Made by a program: the position numbers and the translations under genes. This document shows, piece after piece, positions 1 through 12,031 of a stretch of DNA of 64,000 bases (within the stretch, counting starts at the first letter, position 1; the number at the start of each line of letters is the position of its first letter). Under the pieces are notes generated by a model that had not been told where the DNA came from, ran no database searches, and was given only the letters and a program-made list of their open reading frames with translations. Origin of the DNA: Bdellovibrionales bacterium (lineage in GTDB: Bacteria; Bdellovibrionota; UBA1018; CAIMNF01); the NCBI GenBank assembly GCA_040380025.1, contig JBEIJY010000006.1, positions 37,608 to 101,607 of the forward strand, in the 5' to 3' direction.

Positions 1-2
1 GG

Positions 3-776
3 GACTCGCTGAAAGAGCTGATCCGGAAAGACTTTTTTTGGAGCGCTGCTGCGGGCGGGGTAGCGTTGTTTTATTATGTTTTCGGCTTGCAGTGGATGCG
101 GAGTCTTGCTGACGGCGCCACCTTTTTTGTCGGTCCGAGGGATCCGCTCGAATCCTTGCGATCCACATTCTCCGATCCTCTCGGATTTCTATCTTTCCTG
201 AATTTTCAGGGTGTCTATTGGGGCGGAACATCCCTCGCTTTGGTTCTTCTTTTTTTGATCGGAGTCCGTGGCCGCACTCCGAGACTCCTTGCCGTTTTTT
301 TCTTGTCTGTCCTGTTCGTGGTAATTCTGGACGGACCGCACTCCTTGGTTCATAGCTACTACTATGCCGGGGCTTCGTTTTCAGTTTGCCTCCTTGTTCA
401 CGAATTGATTTGCTCCTTCAAGCCTGAAGTCCGGATCCAGAACTTGTTCATGGGGGCATTCATGGGCGCGACTCTGGTGATTCACCCGATCGAGCTTCTC
501 ATCCATGACTTCGGAGCGATCGGACAAACGCTCTCTGGCACCACCGAGGAAGACTTTTGTGATGAGCTGAAGCAATCCACCCCCGAATGGCCCTGGAACC
601 AAAACCATGCCTTTCGGTCAGAGGACCTGCCCTTCCCTCAGCTCGGGGTATGCTTTCGAGAACGGGTCGGGGCAAGAACCTCCAAATTCGGACTCTTTTA
701 CTCCAACTCACCCCTTCCGGCCGGGTGTTCTATCGAAAAACAGGTCGGAACCATCGTCTTAGCTAAGTGCATCTAA
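3..776 (+). CDS. Polytopic membrane protein, C-terminal part (open from the window edge); possibly a GT-C/ArnT-like glycosyltransferase
   Basis: Frame is open from position 3. Several hydrophobic segments followed by a Cys-containing soluble C-terminal region. The family guess is weak. Confidence 0.5.
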   Translation, partial: DSLKELIRKDFFWSAAAGGVALFYYVFGLQWMRSLADGATFFVGPRDPLESLRSTFSDPLGFLSFLNFQGVYWGGTSLALVLLFLIGVRGRTPRLLAVFFLSVLFVVILDGPHSLVHSYYYAGASFSVCLLVHELICSFKPEVRIQNLFMGAFMGATLVIHPIELLIHDFGAIGQTLSGTTEEDFCDELKQSTPEWPWNQNHAFRSEDLPFPQLGVCFRERVGARTSKFGLFYSNSPLPAGCSIEKQVGTIVLAKCI

Positions 777-778
777 GG

Positions 779-1190
779 TTATCCCCCAAATCATTCACCA
801 ATCGTTGGTGGATTGTTTTTCTCTTTGATTTCAAATGACTAGCCAATCCATCCACCAGACCGGCGGATTGCTAAAAATTATCCACCAACAATCCACCAGC
901 GATTCACCGCCCTGGTGGATAAATCCGGTGGATAACTTTGTCTGATTTTTTGATTTGAGTAGTCATAAAAAACTTATCCACGCGATTTGGTGAATTGACC
1001 GGTGGATAAGTCCGAAAATCGGACTCTTTCTCCTCTTTCAGGAGTTATCCCCAAATTCACCATTTTTATCCACCTAGGGTTTTCAACCGGTTTTGAAACT
1101 AAAAACCGAACCGTTCTCTGGGCTTAGAAGGTTATCCCCCACATTCACACCACTAAGACTACTATGATCTTTATATATATCTATTTCTAT
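779..1190. promoter_or_regulatory. Probable replication origin oriC
   Basis: AT-richer intergenic region upstream of dnaN. TTATCCACC at 878(+), 914(-), 927(-), 1001(-), 1066(+); TTATCCACG at 974; TTATCCCCC at 779 and 1132; TTATCCCCA at 1045. CTA trio-like run at 1153-1167 and AT cluster at 1168-1190. Confidence 0.85.
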
Positions 1191-1221
1191 GTAAGGGTAT
1201 TTGCCATTCAAGGTGGTGAAC

Positions 1222-2325
1222 ATGAAGTTTGGCATTCAAAGGGATCAACTTTTATCTGCATTGCAAAAAATCTCCTCGGTGGTCGAAAAAAAACACACCA
1301 TGGAGATCTTGGGGAACATCCTCTTTGAAACCAAGAATGACAAACTCACCTTGAGCGGCACCGACCTTGAAGTAGGCATTCAGGTAAATCTCGATGCCAA
1401 GATCGATGTTCCCGGAAAGCTCACCCTCTCCACCAAAAATATCCTCGATATCACCAAGGAACTTCCGAACCAGGTGATGCACTTCAATCTGAAGCCGAAT
1501 CACTGGGTCGAGATCACCTGTTCCAAAGCCCGCTTCAATCTCGTCAGCATCAGTGCCGAGGGGTATCCCGGCCTCCCCTTGTTTGACGAAAAAACTTATT
1601 CCACAACTCATTCGGAACGCCTGAGCGAGATGATCTCGAAGACGGAGTTTGCCGTATCAACCGATGCGACCCGGTATCACCTGAATGGTGTTTACTTCGA
1701 GGTTCTTCCGAACGGCCTTTCGAGAATGACCGCAACGGATGGTCACCGGCTTTCGTACATCGATCACGAGATTTTCAGCAAACCGGTCGAATTGAAGCGC
1801 GGAGTGGTCATCCCGAGCAAGGGACTGACCGAGCTTCATAAGATGCTCCAGGGCACGAAGACGATCGGCCTTGCTTTCGAAAAGGGTTATTTGTACGCCA
1901 AAACCGAAAACTCCTACCTGTTCATCCGTCTCATCGAGGCGGATTATCCCGACTATCGCCAGGTCATCCCCCAGAGTCTCGACAAAGCGGCTCTTCTGAG
2001 ACGCGAAGACCTTCTGGGAGCATTGAAGCGCGTATCCCTGATGGCCCACGAAAAAAGCAAGGGCGTGAAGCTGAATATTCAAGACAGCATGCTCACGGTT
2101 GCTTCCTCGAATCCCGAAATGGGAGAAGCCCGCGATGAGATCAATGCGAGCTACCAAGGGGAGTCCTTCGAGATCGGCTTCAATGCCAAGTACATCCTCG
2201 ATTGCCTCGAGGTCATGCGCGAGGACGACATCGAGTTCCAGTTCAAGGACAAAACCAAGCCCGGCATCATTCAATCGGTGGCGAACAAGAACCACTGCTA
2301 TGTGATCATGCCGATGCGAATCTAG
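1222..2325 (+). CDS. dnaN: DNA polymerase III beta sliding clamp
   Basis: GTDLE, ATDGHRL and C-terminal VIMPMR motifs. ATG at 1222 follows an AGGTGG SD. Confidence 0.97.
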   Translation: MKFGIQRDQLLSALQKISSVVEKKHTMEILGNILFETKNDKLTLSGTDLEVGIQVNLDAKIDVPGKLTLSTKNILDITKELPNQVMHFNLKPNHWVEITCSKARFNLVSISAEGYPGLPLFDEKTYSTTHSERLSEMISKTEFAVSTDATRYHLNGVYFEVLPNGLSRMTATDGHRLSYIDHEIFSKPVELKRGVVIPSKGLTELHKMLQGTKTIGLAFEKGYLYAKTENSYLFIRLIEADYPDYRQVIPQSLDKAALLRREDLLGALKRVSLMAHEKSKGVKLNIQDSMLTVASSNPEMGEARDEINASYQGESFEIGFNAKYILDCLEVMREDDIEFQFKDKTKPGIIQSVANKNHCYVIMPMRI

Positions 2326-2333
2326 CCTTCGGC

Positions 2334-5917
<3,584 letters not shown>

Positions 5918-5929
5918 GAGGAGCCTTTC

Positions 5930-6940
5930 ATGTTGAGAACCAGAATCGTTTCTACCGGAATGCATGTCCCGCCCCGGATCGTCACCAATGATGACCTGGC
6001 GAAGATCATGGATACCTCGGATGAGTGGATCCGCCAGCGCACGGGGATCCGTCAGAGACACTGGGTCGAAGAAGGCGTCTCGACTTCGGACCTGGCCAAA
6101 GAAGCGGCCGAAAAAGCCCTGAAGAATGCGAGCCTCGATCGGTCCGCGATCGACATGATCATTCTGGCAACCCTCTCGCCCGATCATGAGTTTCCCGGCA
6201 CCGCCTGTTTTTTGCAAAAAAAGCTCGGCATCCCGGGCATCCCGGCGCTCGATGTGCGCCAACAGTGCACAGGCTTCATTTACGCGATGTCGATTGCCGA
6301 TCAGTTCATCCGGAACGGCGTATACAAGACCATTCTCGTGGTGGGAGCCGAAGTTCACTCCAAAGGTCTTCAAAAAACAAACGACGGCCGCGATGTCACC
6401 GTTTTGTTCGGAGATGGCGCAGGAGCGGTGGTGCTCGGTGCGACCGAGGTGAAGGATCCGAAAACGGATTCTCACATTCTCTCGACCCATCTTCATGCCG
6501 ATGGTTCGTTCGCCGAGGAGCTCTGGACGCCCGCCCCTGGCACGGCGAATTCCGCCGAACGTCTGGGTGCGCTCGAGATCGCCGAGAACCTGCATTTCCC
6601 GAAGATGAACGGAAAAACCGTGTTCATGCATGCCGTGAAGCGGATGCCCGAGGCTCTGCAAGAGGCCCTCGAGCAAAACAAGATTCGACCCGAAGAAATC
6701 GACCTTTTCGTGTTCCATCAGGCAAACCTCCGCATCAATGACATGATCGCGAAGCAGTTCGGGATTCCGGAGCACAAGGTGTTCAACACGATCGAGCAAT
6801 TCGCGAACACGACTGCCGCGACGATTCCGATCGGACTCAACGAGGCTGTGCGTGCCGGGAAGCTCAAAAAAGGAATGCTCGTGGCTTCGGCCGCATTCGG
6901 AAGCGGATTCACTTGGGGATCCGCTCTATACCGGTTTTAA
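5930..6940 (+). CDS. fabH: 3-oxoacyl-ACP synthase III (KAS III) family
   Basis: DTSDEWIRQRTGI, catalytic Cys (QQCTGF), LFGDGAGA, HQAN, NT and FGSGFTWG motifs. Confidence 0.92.
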   Translation: MLRTRIVSTGMHVPPRIVTNDDLAKIMDTSDEWIRQRTGIRQRHWVEEGVSTSDLAKEAAEKALKNASLDRSAIDMIILATLSPDHEFPGTACFLQKKLGIPGIPALDVRQQCTGFIYAMSIADQFIRNGVYKTILVVGAEVHSKGLQKTNDGRDVTVLFGDGAGAVVLGATEVKDPKTDSHILSTHLHADGSFAEELWTPAPGTANSAERLGALEIAENLHFPKMNGKTVFMHAVKRMPEALQEALEQNKIRPEEIDLFVFHQANLRINDMIAKQFGIPEHKVFNTIEQFANTTAATIPIGLNEAVRAGKLKKGMLVASAAFGSGFTWGSALYRF

Positions 6941-6967
6941 GCGGATTCAGGAAGATCAGGGATCAAC

Positions 6968-9445
6968 ATGGATACACCCAGCCAACCAACACCCGAAAAC
7001 AAGAATGTGGTTCAAGTGAACATCGAAGAAGAGATGCGTGGTGCGTATCTCGACTATGCGATGTCGGTCATCATCGGCCGCGCACTCCCCGATGTGAGGG
7101 ACGGATTGAAGCCCGTGCACCGGAGGGTCCTGTATGCGATGCACGACCTCGGGAACACGTACAACAAGCCCTATAAAAAATCCGCCCGTGTGGTCGGGGA
7201 TGTGATCGGTAAGTATCACCCCCACGGCGACAGCGCCGTGTACGACACGATCGTCCGGATGGCGCAGGATTTCTCGCTTCGCTACCCGCTTATTGATGGG
7301 CAAGGAAACTTCGGATCGATCGACGGCGATTCCGCGGCGGCCATGCGGTACACCGAAATCAGAATGGACCGGATCACCGATGAGATCCTCTCGGATCTCG
7401 AAAAAGAAACGGTCGACTTCGGGCCGAACTACGACGGGTCCCTGCAGGAGCCGCTGGTTCTTCCGACCAAGGTGCCGAATCTTCTCGTGAACGGATCGAC
7501 CGGAATTGCGGTTGGGATGGCGACGAACATTCCTCCCCACAATCTCGGAGAAGTGATCGACGCGGTCACGGCCCTGATCCGCGATCCGTCCATCACCATC
7601 GATGCCCTCATGGAACATGTGAAGGGCCCGGATTTTCCGACGGGCGGAATCGTGTTCGGGAACGCTCTGAAGCTCGCGTATAAGACCGGAAAAGCGGTGA
7701 TCACGATCCGGGCGAAAACCGAGATCGAGACTTTCAAGAATGATCGCGAGCGGATCATCGTCACCGAGCTCCCCTATCAGGTGAACAAGGCGAAGCTGAT
7801 CGAGCGGATCGCGGATCTCGTGAACGACGACAAGCTCGAGGGGATTTCGGATATCCGCGATGAATCCGACCGCTCGGGCATGCGGATCGTGATCGAGATC
7901 AAGAAGAACGAAAGCTCGAATGTGGTGCTGAATCGTCTGTACAAGATGACCCAGCTCCAGGACAGCTACGGGATCGCCCTGCTGGCGATCGACCACCAGC
8001 AGCCGAAGCTCTTCAACCTGAAGGACATGCTTCAGGCCTTTATCGAGCATCGAAAAGACGTGGTGATCCGCCGGACGGTGTTTGAGCTCAAGAAGGCCGA
8101 GGCACGGCTTCATATTTTGGAAGGCTTGAAACGCGCGGTTGAGCATCTCGACGAGGTGATCGCATTGATCCGCGGAAGCGCGAACGCACCCGAGGCTCTT
8201 GCCGGCCTGATGTCGAAGTTCTCGTTCACACAGATCCAAGCGCAGGCGATTCTCGATATGCGCCTTCAGCGACTGACGGGCCTCGAGCGCGACAAGATCG
8301 TCCAGGAGTACAACGAAGTGCTCGGCGTGATCGCCGACCTGCGCGACATCCTCGCCCGTGAATCCCGCGTGTACGAGATCATCACGACCGAGCTTCAGGA
8401 CATCCGCGAGAAATTCGCCGATCCCCGCCGGACTGAGATCACGATCGACGAGAATATCGAGATCGACATGGAGTCGCTCATCACCGATGAGCCCACACTC
8501 GTGACGATCACCCGGAGCGGTTACATCAAGCGGCAGGATCCGGCGCAGTTCAAATCGCAAGGCCGCGGCGGCAAGGGCATCATCGGCATGAATACCGATG
8601 ATGAGGATTTTGTCACGCAGATCTTCCGCACCACCACGCTGAGCCAGCTTTTTTGCATCACCGACAAGGGCCGCCTCCATGCGGTGAAGGTGTATCGCAT
8701 ACCCGAGGGAACGCGCACCTCGCGCGGTCGCGCCATTGTGAATCTTGTCATGCTCCAGCCGGACGAAAAGGTGATGATGATCCTCCCGGTGAAAGAAATG
8801 AACGAAAGCAATTTCCTCGTCATGGCGACACGGACCGGGATCGTGAAGAAGACCTCGCTTGCGGAATATCGGAATATTCGTGCGAATGGGATCAATGCGA
8901 TCTCGATCGAAGAAGGCGACGAGGTGATCGGGGCTGCCATCTCGAACGGACAGGACGAGATCTTCCTCACCTCGGCGAGCGGAATGAGTATTCGCTTCCC
9001 TGAAACCGACGTTCGCGCCATGGGAAGAACCGCTTACGGTGTGTACGGAATGTCGCTCGACGAGGGAGATACGGTCGTCGGAATGGATCTGATCTCATCG
9101 TCCGAAACCGCGAGCGAGATTCTCGTTGTTTCGGATCAGGGTTACGGAAAGCGGACGCCGGTAGGCGAGTACCGGATCCAGACCCGCGGCGGAAAGGGCA
9201 TCATCACGCTGAAAGTGACCGATCGCACCGGAAAGCTCATGTCAGCGCGTCGGGTTTTGCCGACCGATGATCTCATGCTCTTTTCGAGCCGTGGCAAGCT
9301 GATCCGGATTCGGATTGGAGATATCCGTGAAACCGGAAGGAATACTCAGGGAGTGCGTTTGATGAATGTCGATGCCGGCGAGAAAGTCGTCGCCGTCGAA
9401 AGCCTCCCCGATGACGGATCCGCAGGCACCGGGATCACCCAGTAG
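6968..9445 (+). CDS. gyrA: DNA gyrase subunit A
   Basis: [14 protein letters not shown] and GyrA-box QGRGGKG, plus C-terminal pinwheel repeats. Confidence 0.98.
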   Translation: MDTPSQPTPENKNVVQVNIEEEMRGAYLDYAMSVIIGRALPDVRDGLKPVHRRVLYAMHDLGNTYNKPYKKSARVVGDVIGKYHPHGDSAVYDTIVRMAQDFSLRYPLIDGQGNFGSIDGDSAAAMRYTEIRMDRITDEILSDLEKETVDFGPNYDGSLQEPLVLPTKVPNLLVNGSTGIAVGMATNIPPHNLGEVIDAVTALIRDPSITIDALMEHVKGPDFPTGGIVFGNALKLAYKTGKAVITIRAKTEIETFKNDRERIIVTELPYQVNKAKLIERIADLVNDDKLEGISDIRDESDRSGMRIVIEIKKNESSNVVLNRLYKMTQLQDSYGIALLAIDHQQPKLFNLKDMLQAFIEHRKDVVIRRTVFELKKAEARLHILEGLKRAVEHLDEVIALIRGSANAPEALAGLMSKFSFTQIQAQAILDMRLQRLTGLERDKIVQEYNEVLGVIADLRDILARESRVYEIITTELQDIREKFADPRRTEITIDENIEIDMESLITDEPTLVTITRSGYIKRQDPAQFKSQGRGGKGIIGMNTDDEDFVTQIFRTTTLSQLFCITDKGRLHAVKVYRIPEGTRTSRGRAIVNLVMLQPDEKVMMILPVKEMNESNFLVMATRTGIVKKTSLAEYRNIRANGINAISIEEGDEVIGAAISNGQDEIFLTSASGMSIRFPETDVRAMGRTAYGVYGMSLDEGDTVVGMDLISSSETASEILVVSDQGYGKRTPVGEYRIQTRGGKGIITLKVTDRTGKLMSARRVLPTDDLMLFSSRGKLIRIRIGDIRETGRNTQGVRLMNVDAGEKVVAVESLPDDGSAGTGITQ

Positions 9446-10255
9446 ATGCCCTTCCGGTCTTTGCTCGCTTTGCTTGTGATTCTGTCGGCCTGTACCGTTC
9501 AATCTTCGGTGTCGAGCCATTACCTTACGGCCGAGAAGCTTTGGACCGAGAAGAACTACCGCGCGGCCGTTTCAGAGTTTGATCATGTAGTGAAGGAGTC
9601 GCCCAACACCCCGATCGGACTTCAGGCTCTTTGGCGGGCGTCGATGACCCGGGATCTCTTTTTGGGCGAGTCCGAAGAAGCCTTGAAGGGATTCGAGGCC
9701 ATTTTGGAGCGGGCCGGCAGTTCCGAACTCGCCCCCCAGGCACAAATCCAGATGGGAGAGATCTACTTCACCAAGCTCGCGCGGTACCCGAAAGCGATCG
9801 AGCATTACGAAAAGCTTCTTCAGGCGGGAAAGTTTTCGGAAGAAGAACAAGCGCGATTCCTGCACCGGATCGGACGAAGCCGGTTTTTGTTGGGACAGAT
9901 CCGGAGCGCGATTGAGGTCTTCGAGCAGGCAGCGAAAAAACATCCGACAAGCGCAATGACCCCGAAAATCAAGCTCGACCTCGCGAACTCGTGGTATGCA
10001 CTCGGAGATGGCGACAAGTCGTCCTATGGCAAGGCTCTTCGCATCTATGGTGAGGTCGCCGAGTCGACCCAAAACACGAATCCAAGGCTCTACGCCGAGG
10101 CGGTTTTTGGGGAGGCTGCAACCCTCGAGGAGCTCGACGAGCTCGAAAAGGCCCATGAACGGTTCAAGTCGATCGCAAATCATTACCCTGCTCCGAACGT
10201 GGTTCGGATCCGGATGGTTCGAGTGTCAGAAAGAATGGCGAAGAAACGAAAATGA
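9446..10255 (+). CDS. TPR-repeat lipoprotein (BamD/CpoB-like)
   Basis: Lipobox LSAC after a hydrophobic leader, then TPR-like helical repeats. Confidence 0.8.
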   Translation: MPFRSLLALLVILSACTVQSSVSSHYLTAEKLWTEKNYRAAVSEFDHVVKESPNTPIGLQALWRASMTRDLFLGESEEALKGFEAILERAGSSELAPQAQIQMGEIYFTKLARYPKAIEHYEKLLQAGKFSEEEQARFLHRIGRSRFLLGQIRSAIEVFEQAAKKHPTSAMTPKIKLDLANSWYALGDGDKSSYGKALRIYGEVAESTQNTNPRLYAEAVFGEAATLEELDELEKAHERFKSIANHYPAPNVVRIRMVRVSERMAKKRK

Positions 10256-10479
10256 GTCAGGACGAACGATACCGTCAGTTGGCCTTGTTTTCGGTGATTC
10301 TGGCCGAGGTGGTGGCGCTCCCCGCAGTTCTCGGGGGAGTGGTCTGGTATTTGTCCCGCAATCTCGCCTTGCAAGGGGCCCTGAGTGCAATTGCCGCAGT
10401 TTTCGGCCTCGGAATCGCTTTTTACCGGATTTCGTTGATGATGAAGAAGCAAAAAACCGATGACACCAAACGAGAGTAA
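10252..10479 (+). CDS. AtpZ/AtpI-family two-TM small protein
   Basis: Two TM helices, located upstream of the Fo genes, ATGA overlap with the previous gene. Confidence 0.65.
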   Translation: MSQDERYRQLALFSVILAEVVALPAVLGGVVWYLSRNLALQGALSAIAAVFGLGIAFYRISLMMKKQKTDDTKRE

Positions 10480-10849
10480 AGCTTTTTTGAAGGTGCTCGC
10501 CCTCACCGGATTGGCCTGGCTTGCGCTCGGGATCCTCCTTTTTCGCGAGAATCCCGCCGCAACGAACGCATTTGTTTTGTGTTATCAGGCCGTTATCCTC
10601 GATCTGGCGGCGATTATCCTCTTGTTCTGGAAGCTTTTCTTCGGCCGTCAGGACGGGGTTTTTGCAAAATTCACAATCTTCCTGATCTTCACTTTTAAGT
10701 TGGTTTGTCTGGGCTTTTTGGCTATAACGCTGAAAAGATTAAGAAATGATCCTCACTTTCCCGCAGCCCTGGCGGTTTCGTTCATGGGAATCGGCCCTCT
10801 TCTGGCGGGAGTCGCGGCAAAAAAGTGGACCGGATCAAAACAAGGATAG
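10460..10849 (+). CDS. ATP synthase protein I-like (four TM)
   Basis: Four hydrophobic segments, directly before atpB. Confidence 0.65.
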   Translation: MTPNESKAFLKVLALTGLAWLALGILLFRENPAATNAFVLCYQAVILDLAAIILLFWKLFFGRQDGVFAKFTIFLIFTFKLVCLGFLAITLKRLRNDPHFPAALAVSFMGIGPLLAGVAAKKWTGSKQG

Positions 10850-10864
10850 TCCGAGGATCTCTCT

Positions 10865-11587
10865 GTGGAACACGGTTTTAACTGGCTCAGCTTGCTCCCC
10901 TTCTTGAACGACGAACATAATTTGCACCATTACGGGCATGTTTTCATGGCCTCGGTCGTGGCAGTGATCGTTCTGGTGGTGGCGGTGATCGCCCGGATCC
11001 AGCTGAATGCAGCCCGGAAGCGGGAAGACGAGGGAATGGTTCCCGACGAAAAGCTCACGGTCCGAAATTTCTTCGAGATCATCGCAGAAAAACTGTACGG
11101 ACTCGCCGTGAATGTCATGGGCAAGCACGGTGCCGAGAAGTATTTTCCGATCATCGGCGCGCTCTTTTTGTTCATCTTTCTTTCGAACCTCGTTGGAATC
11201 ATTCCCGGGTTTTTGCCGCCGACCGACAATCTGAACACCACCTTTGCGCTCGGTTCGTTCGTGTTTTTGTATTACAATTATGTGGGTCTTCGTGAGAACG
11301 GACTGGCCTACCTGAAGCACTTTGCCGGCCCGATCCTGTGGCTTGCGCCGCTCATGCTGATCGTCGAGCTCGCATCGCATGTGTTCCGTCCGATTTCCCT
11401 CGGGCTCCGCTTGCGCGGGAACATCATGGGCGATCACGTCGTGCTTGGAATTTTTAATGACTTGCTGCCCTACGCGGTTCCTGCTATTTTCTACGGAATC
11501 GGACTCTTCGTGGCCCTCGTTCAGGCGTTCGTTTTTTGTTTGATGACGATGGTGTACATCTCATTATCCGCAAGTCACGATCACTGA
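10865..11587 (+). CDS. atpB: F0F1 ATP synthase subunit a
   Basis: RPISLGLRLRGN with the essential Arg, and the QAFVF motif. Confidence 0.96.
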   Translation: MEHGFNWLSLLPFLNDEHNLHHYGHVFMASVVAVIVLVVAVIARIQLNAARKREDEGMVPDEKLTVRNFFEIIAEKLYGLAVNVMGKHGAEKYFPIIGALFLFIFLSNLVGIIPGFLPPTDNLNTTFALGSFVFLYYNYVGLRENGLAYLKHFAGPILWLAPLMLIVELASHVFRPISLGLRLRGNIMGDHVVLGIFNDLLPYAVPAIFYGIGLFVALVQAFVFCLMTMVYISLSASHDH

Positions 11588-11648
11588 GGATCAGCAATCT
11601 CCGGGTAACCGTTTCGAAACTCAAACCACAATGAAAGGAAAACCAGTC

Positions 11649-11966
11649 ATGAAAATGAAAACAGCTTTGATCGCAATCGCAGGATTGATCGTATCGGGTT
11701 CGGCGTTCGCACAAGAAGGTGCTGAAGCAGCCGCACACGTGGGCGGCATGGACCTCGCCGGAATGGGCGCGGCCATCGGTCTTGGTCTCGCCGCAATCGG
11801 CGGAGCGCTCGGACAAGGAAAGACCGCTTCTTCCGCTCTCGACGGGATCGCGCGCAACCCTTCCGCTTCTGACAAAATCTTCACTCCGATGATCATCGGT
11901 CTCGCGCTGATCGAGTCTCTCGTTCTGTACGCGTTCGTGATCGCGTTCCTGAAGATCAAGGGATAA
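11649..11966 (+). CDS. atpE: F0F1 ATP synthase subunit c with N-terminal leader
   Basis: Gly-rich helix 1, ARNP loop, LIESL with the carboxylate. SD AAGGA precedes ATG 11649 (alternative start 11631). Confidence 0.95.
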   Translation: MKMKTALIAIAGLIVSGSAFAQEGAEAAAHVGGMDLAGMGAAIGLGLAAIGGALGQGKTASSALDGIARNPSASDKIFTPMIIGLALIESLVLYAFVIAFLKIKG

Positions 11967-11990
11967 TCCCTCTCTTCGGATCCGGATTCA

Positions 11991-12027
11991 AAAAGCCCTC
12001 TCTTCAGATTCGAAGAGGGGGCTTTTT
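11991..12027. terminator. Bidirectional intrinsic terminator between atpE and uvrA
   Basis: AAAA-GCCCTCTCTTC-agattc-GAAGAGGGGGC-TTTTT between convergent genes. Confidence 0.88.
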
Positions 12028-12031
12028 CATT

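Noticed and set aside
779..1140. CRISPR-like or iteron repeat array
   Set aside because: The repeats are 9-mers in both orientations with irregular spacing, which fits DnaA boxes.
2202..2333. N-terminal extension of RecF given in the ORF track
   Set aside because: It overlaps dnaN, and RecF homology starts at TTG 2334.
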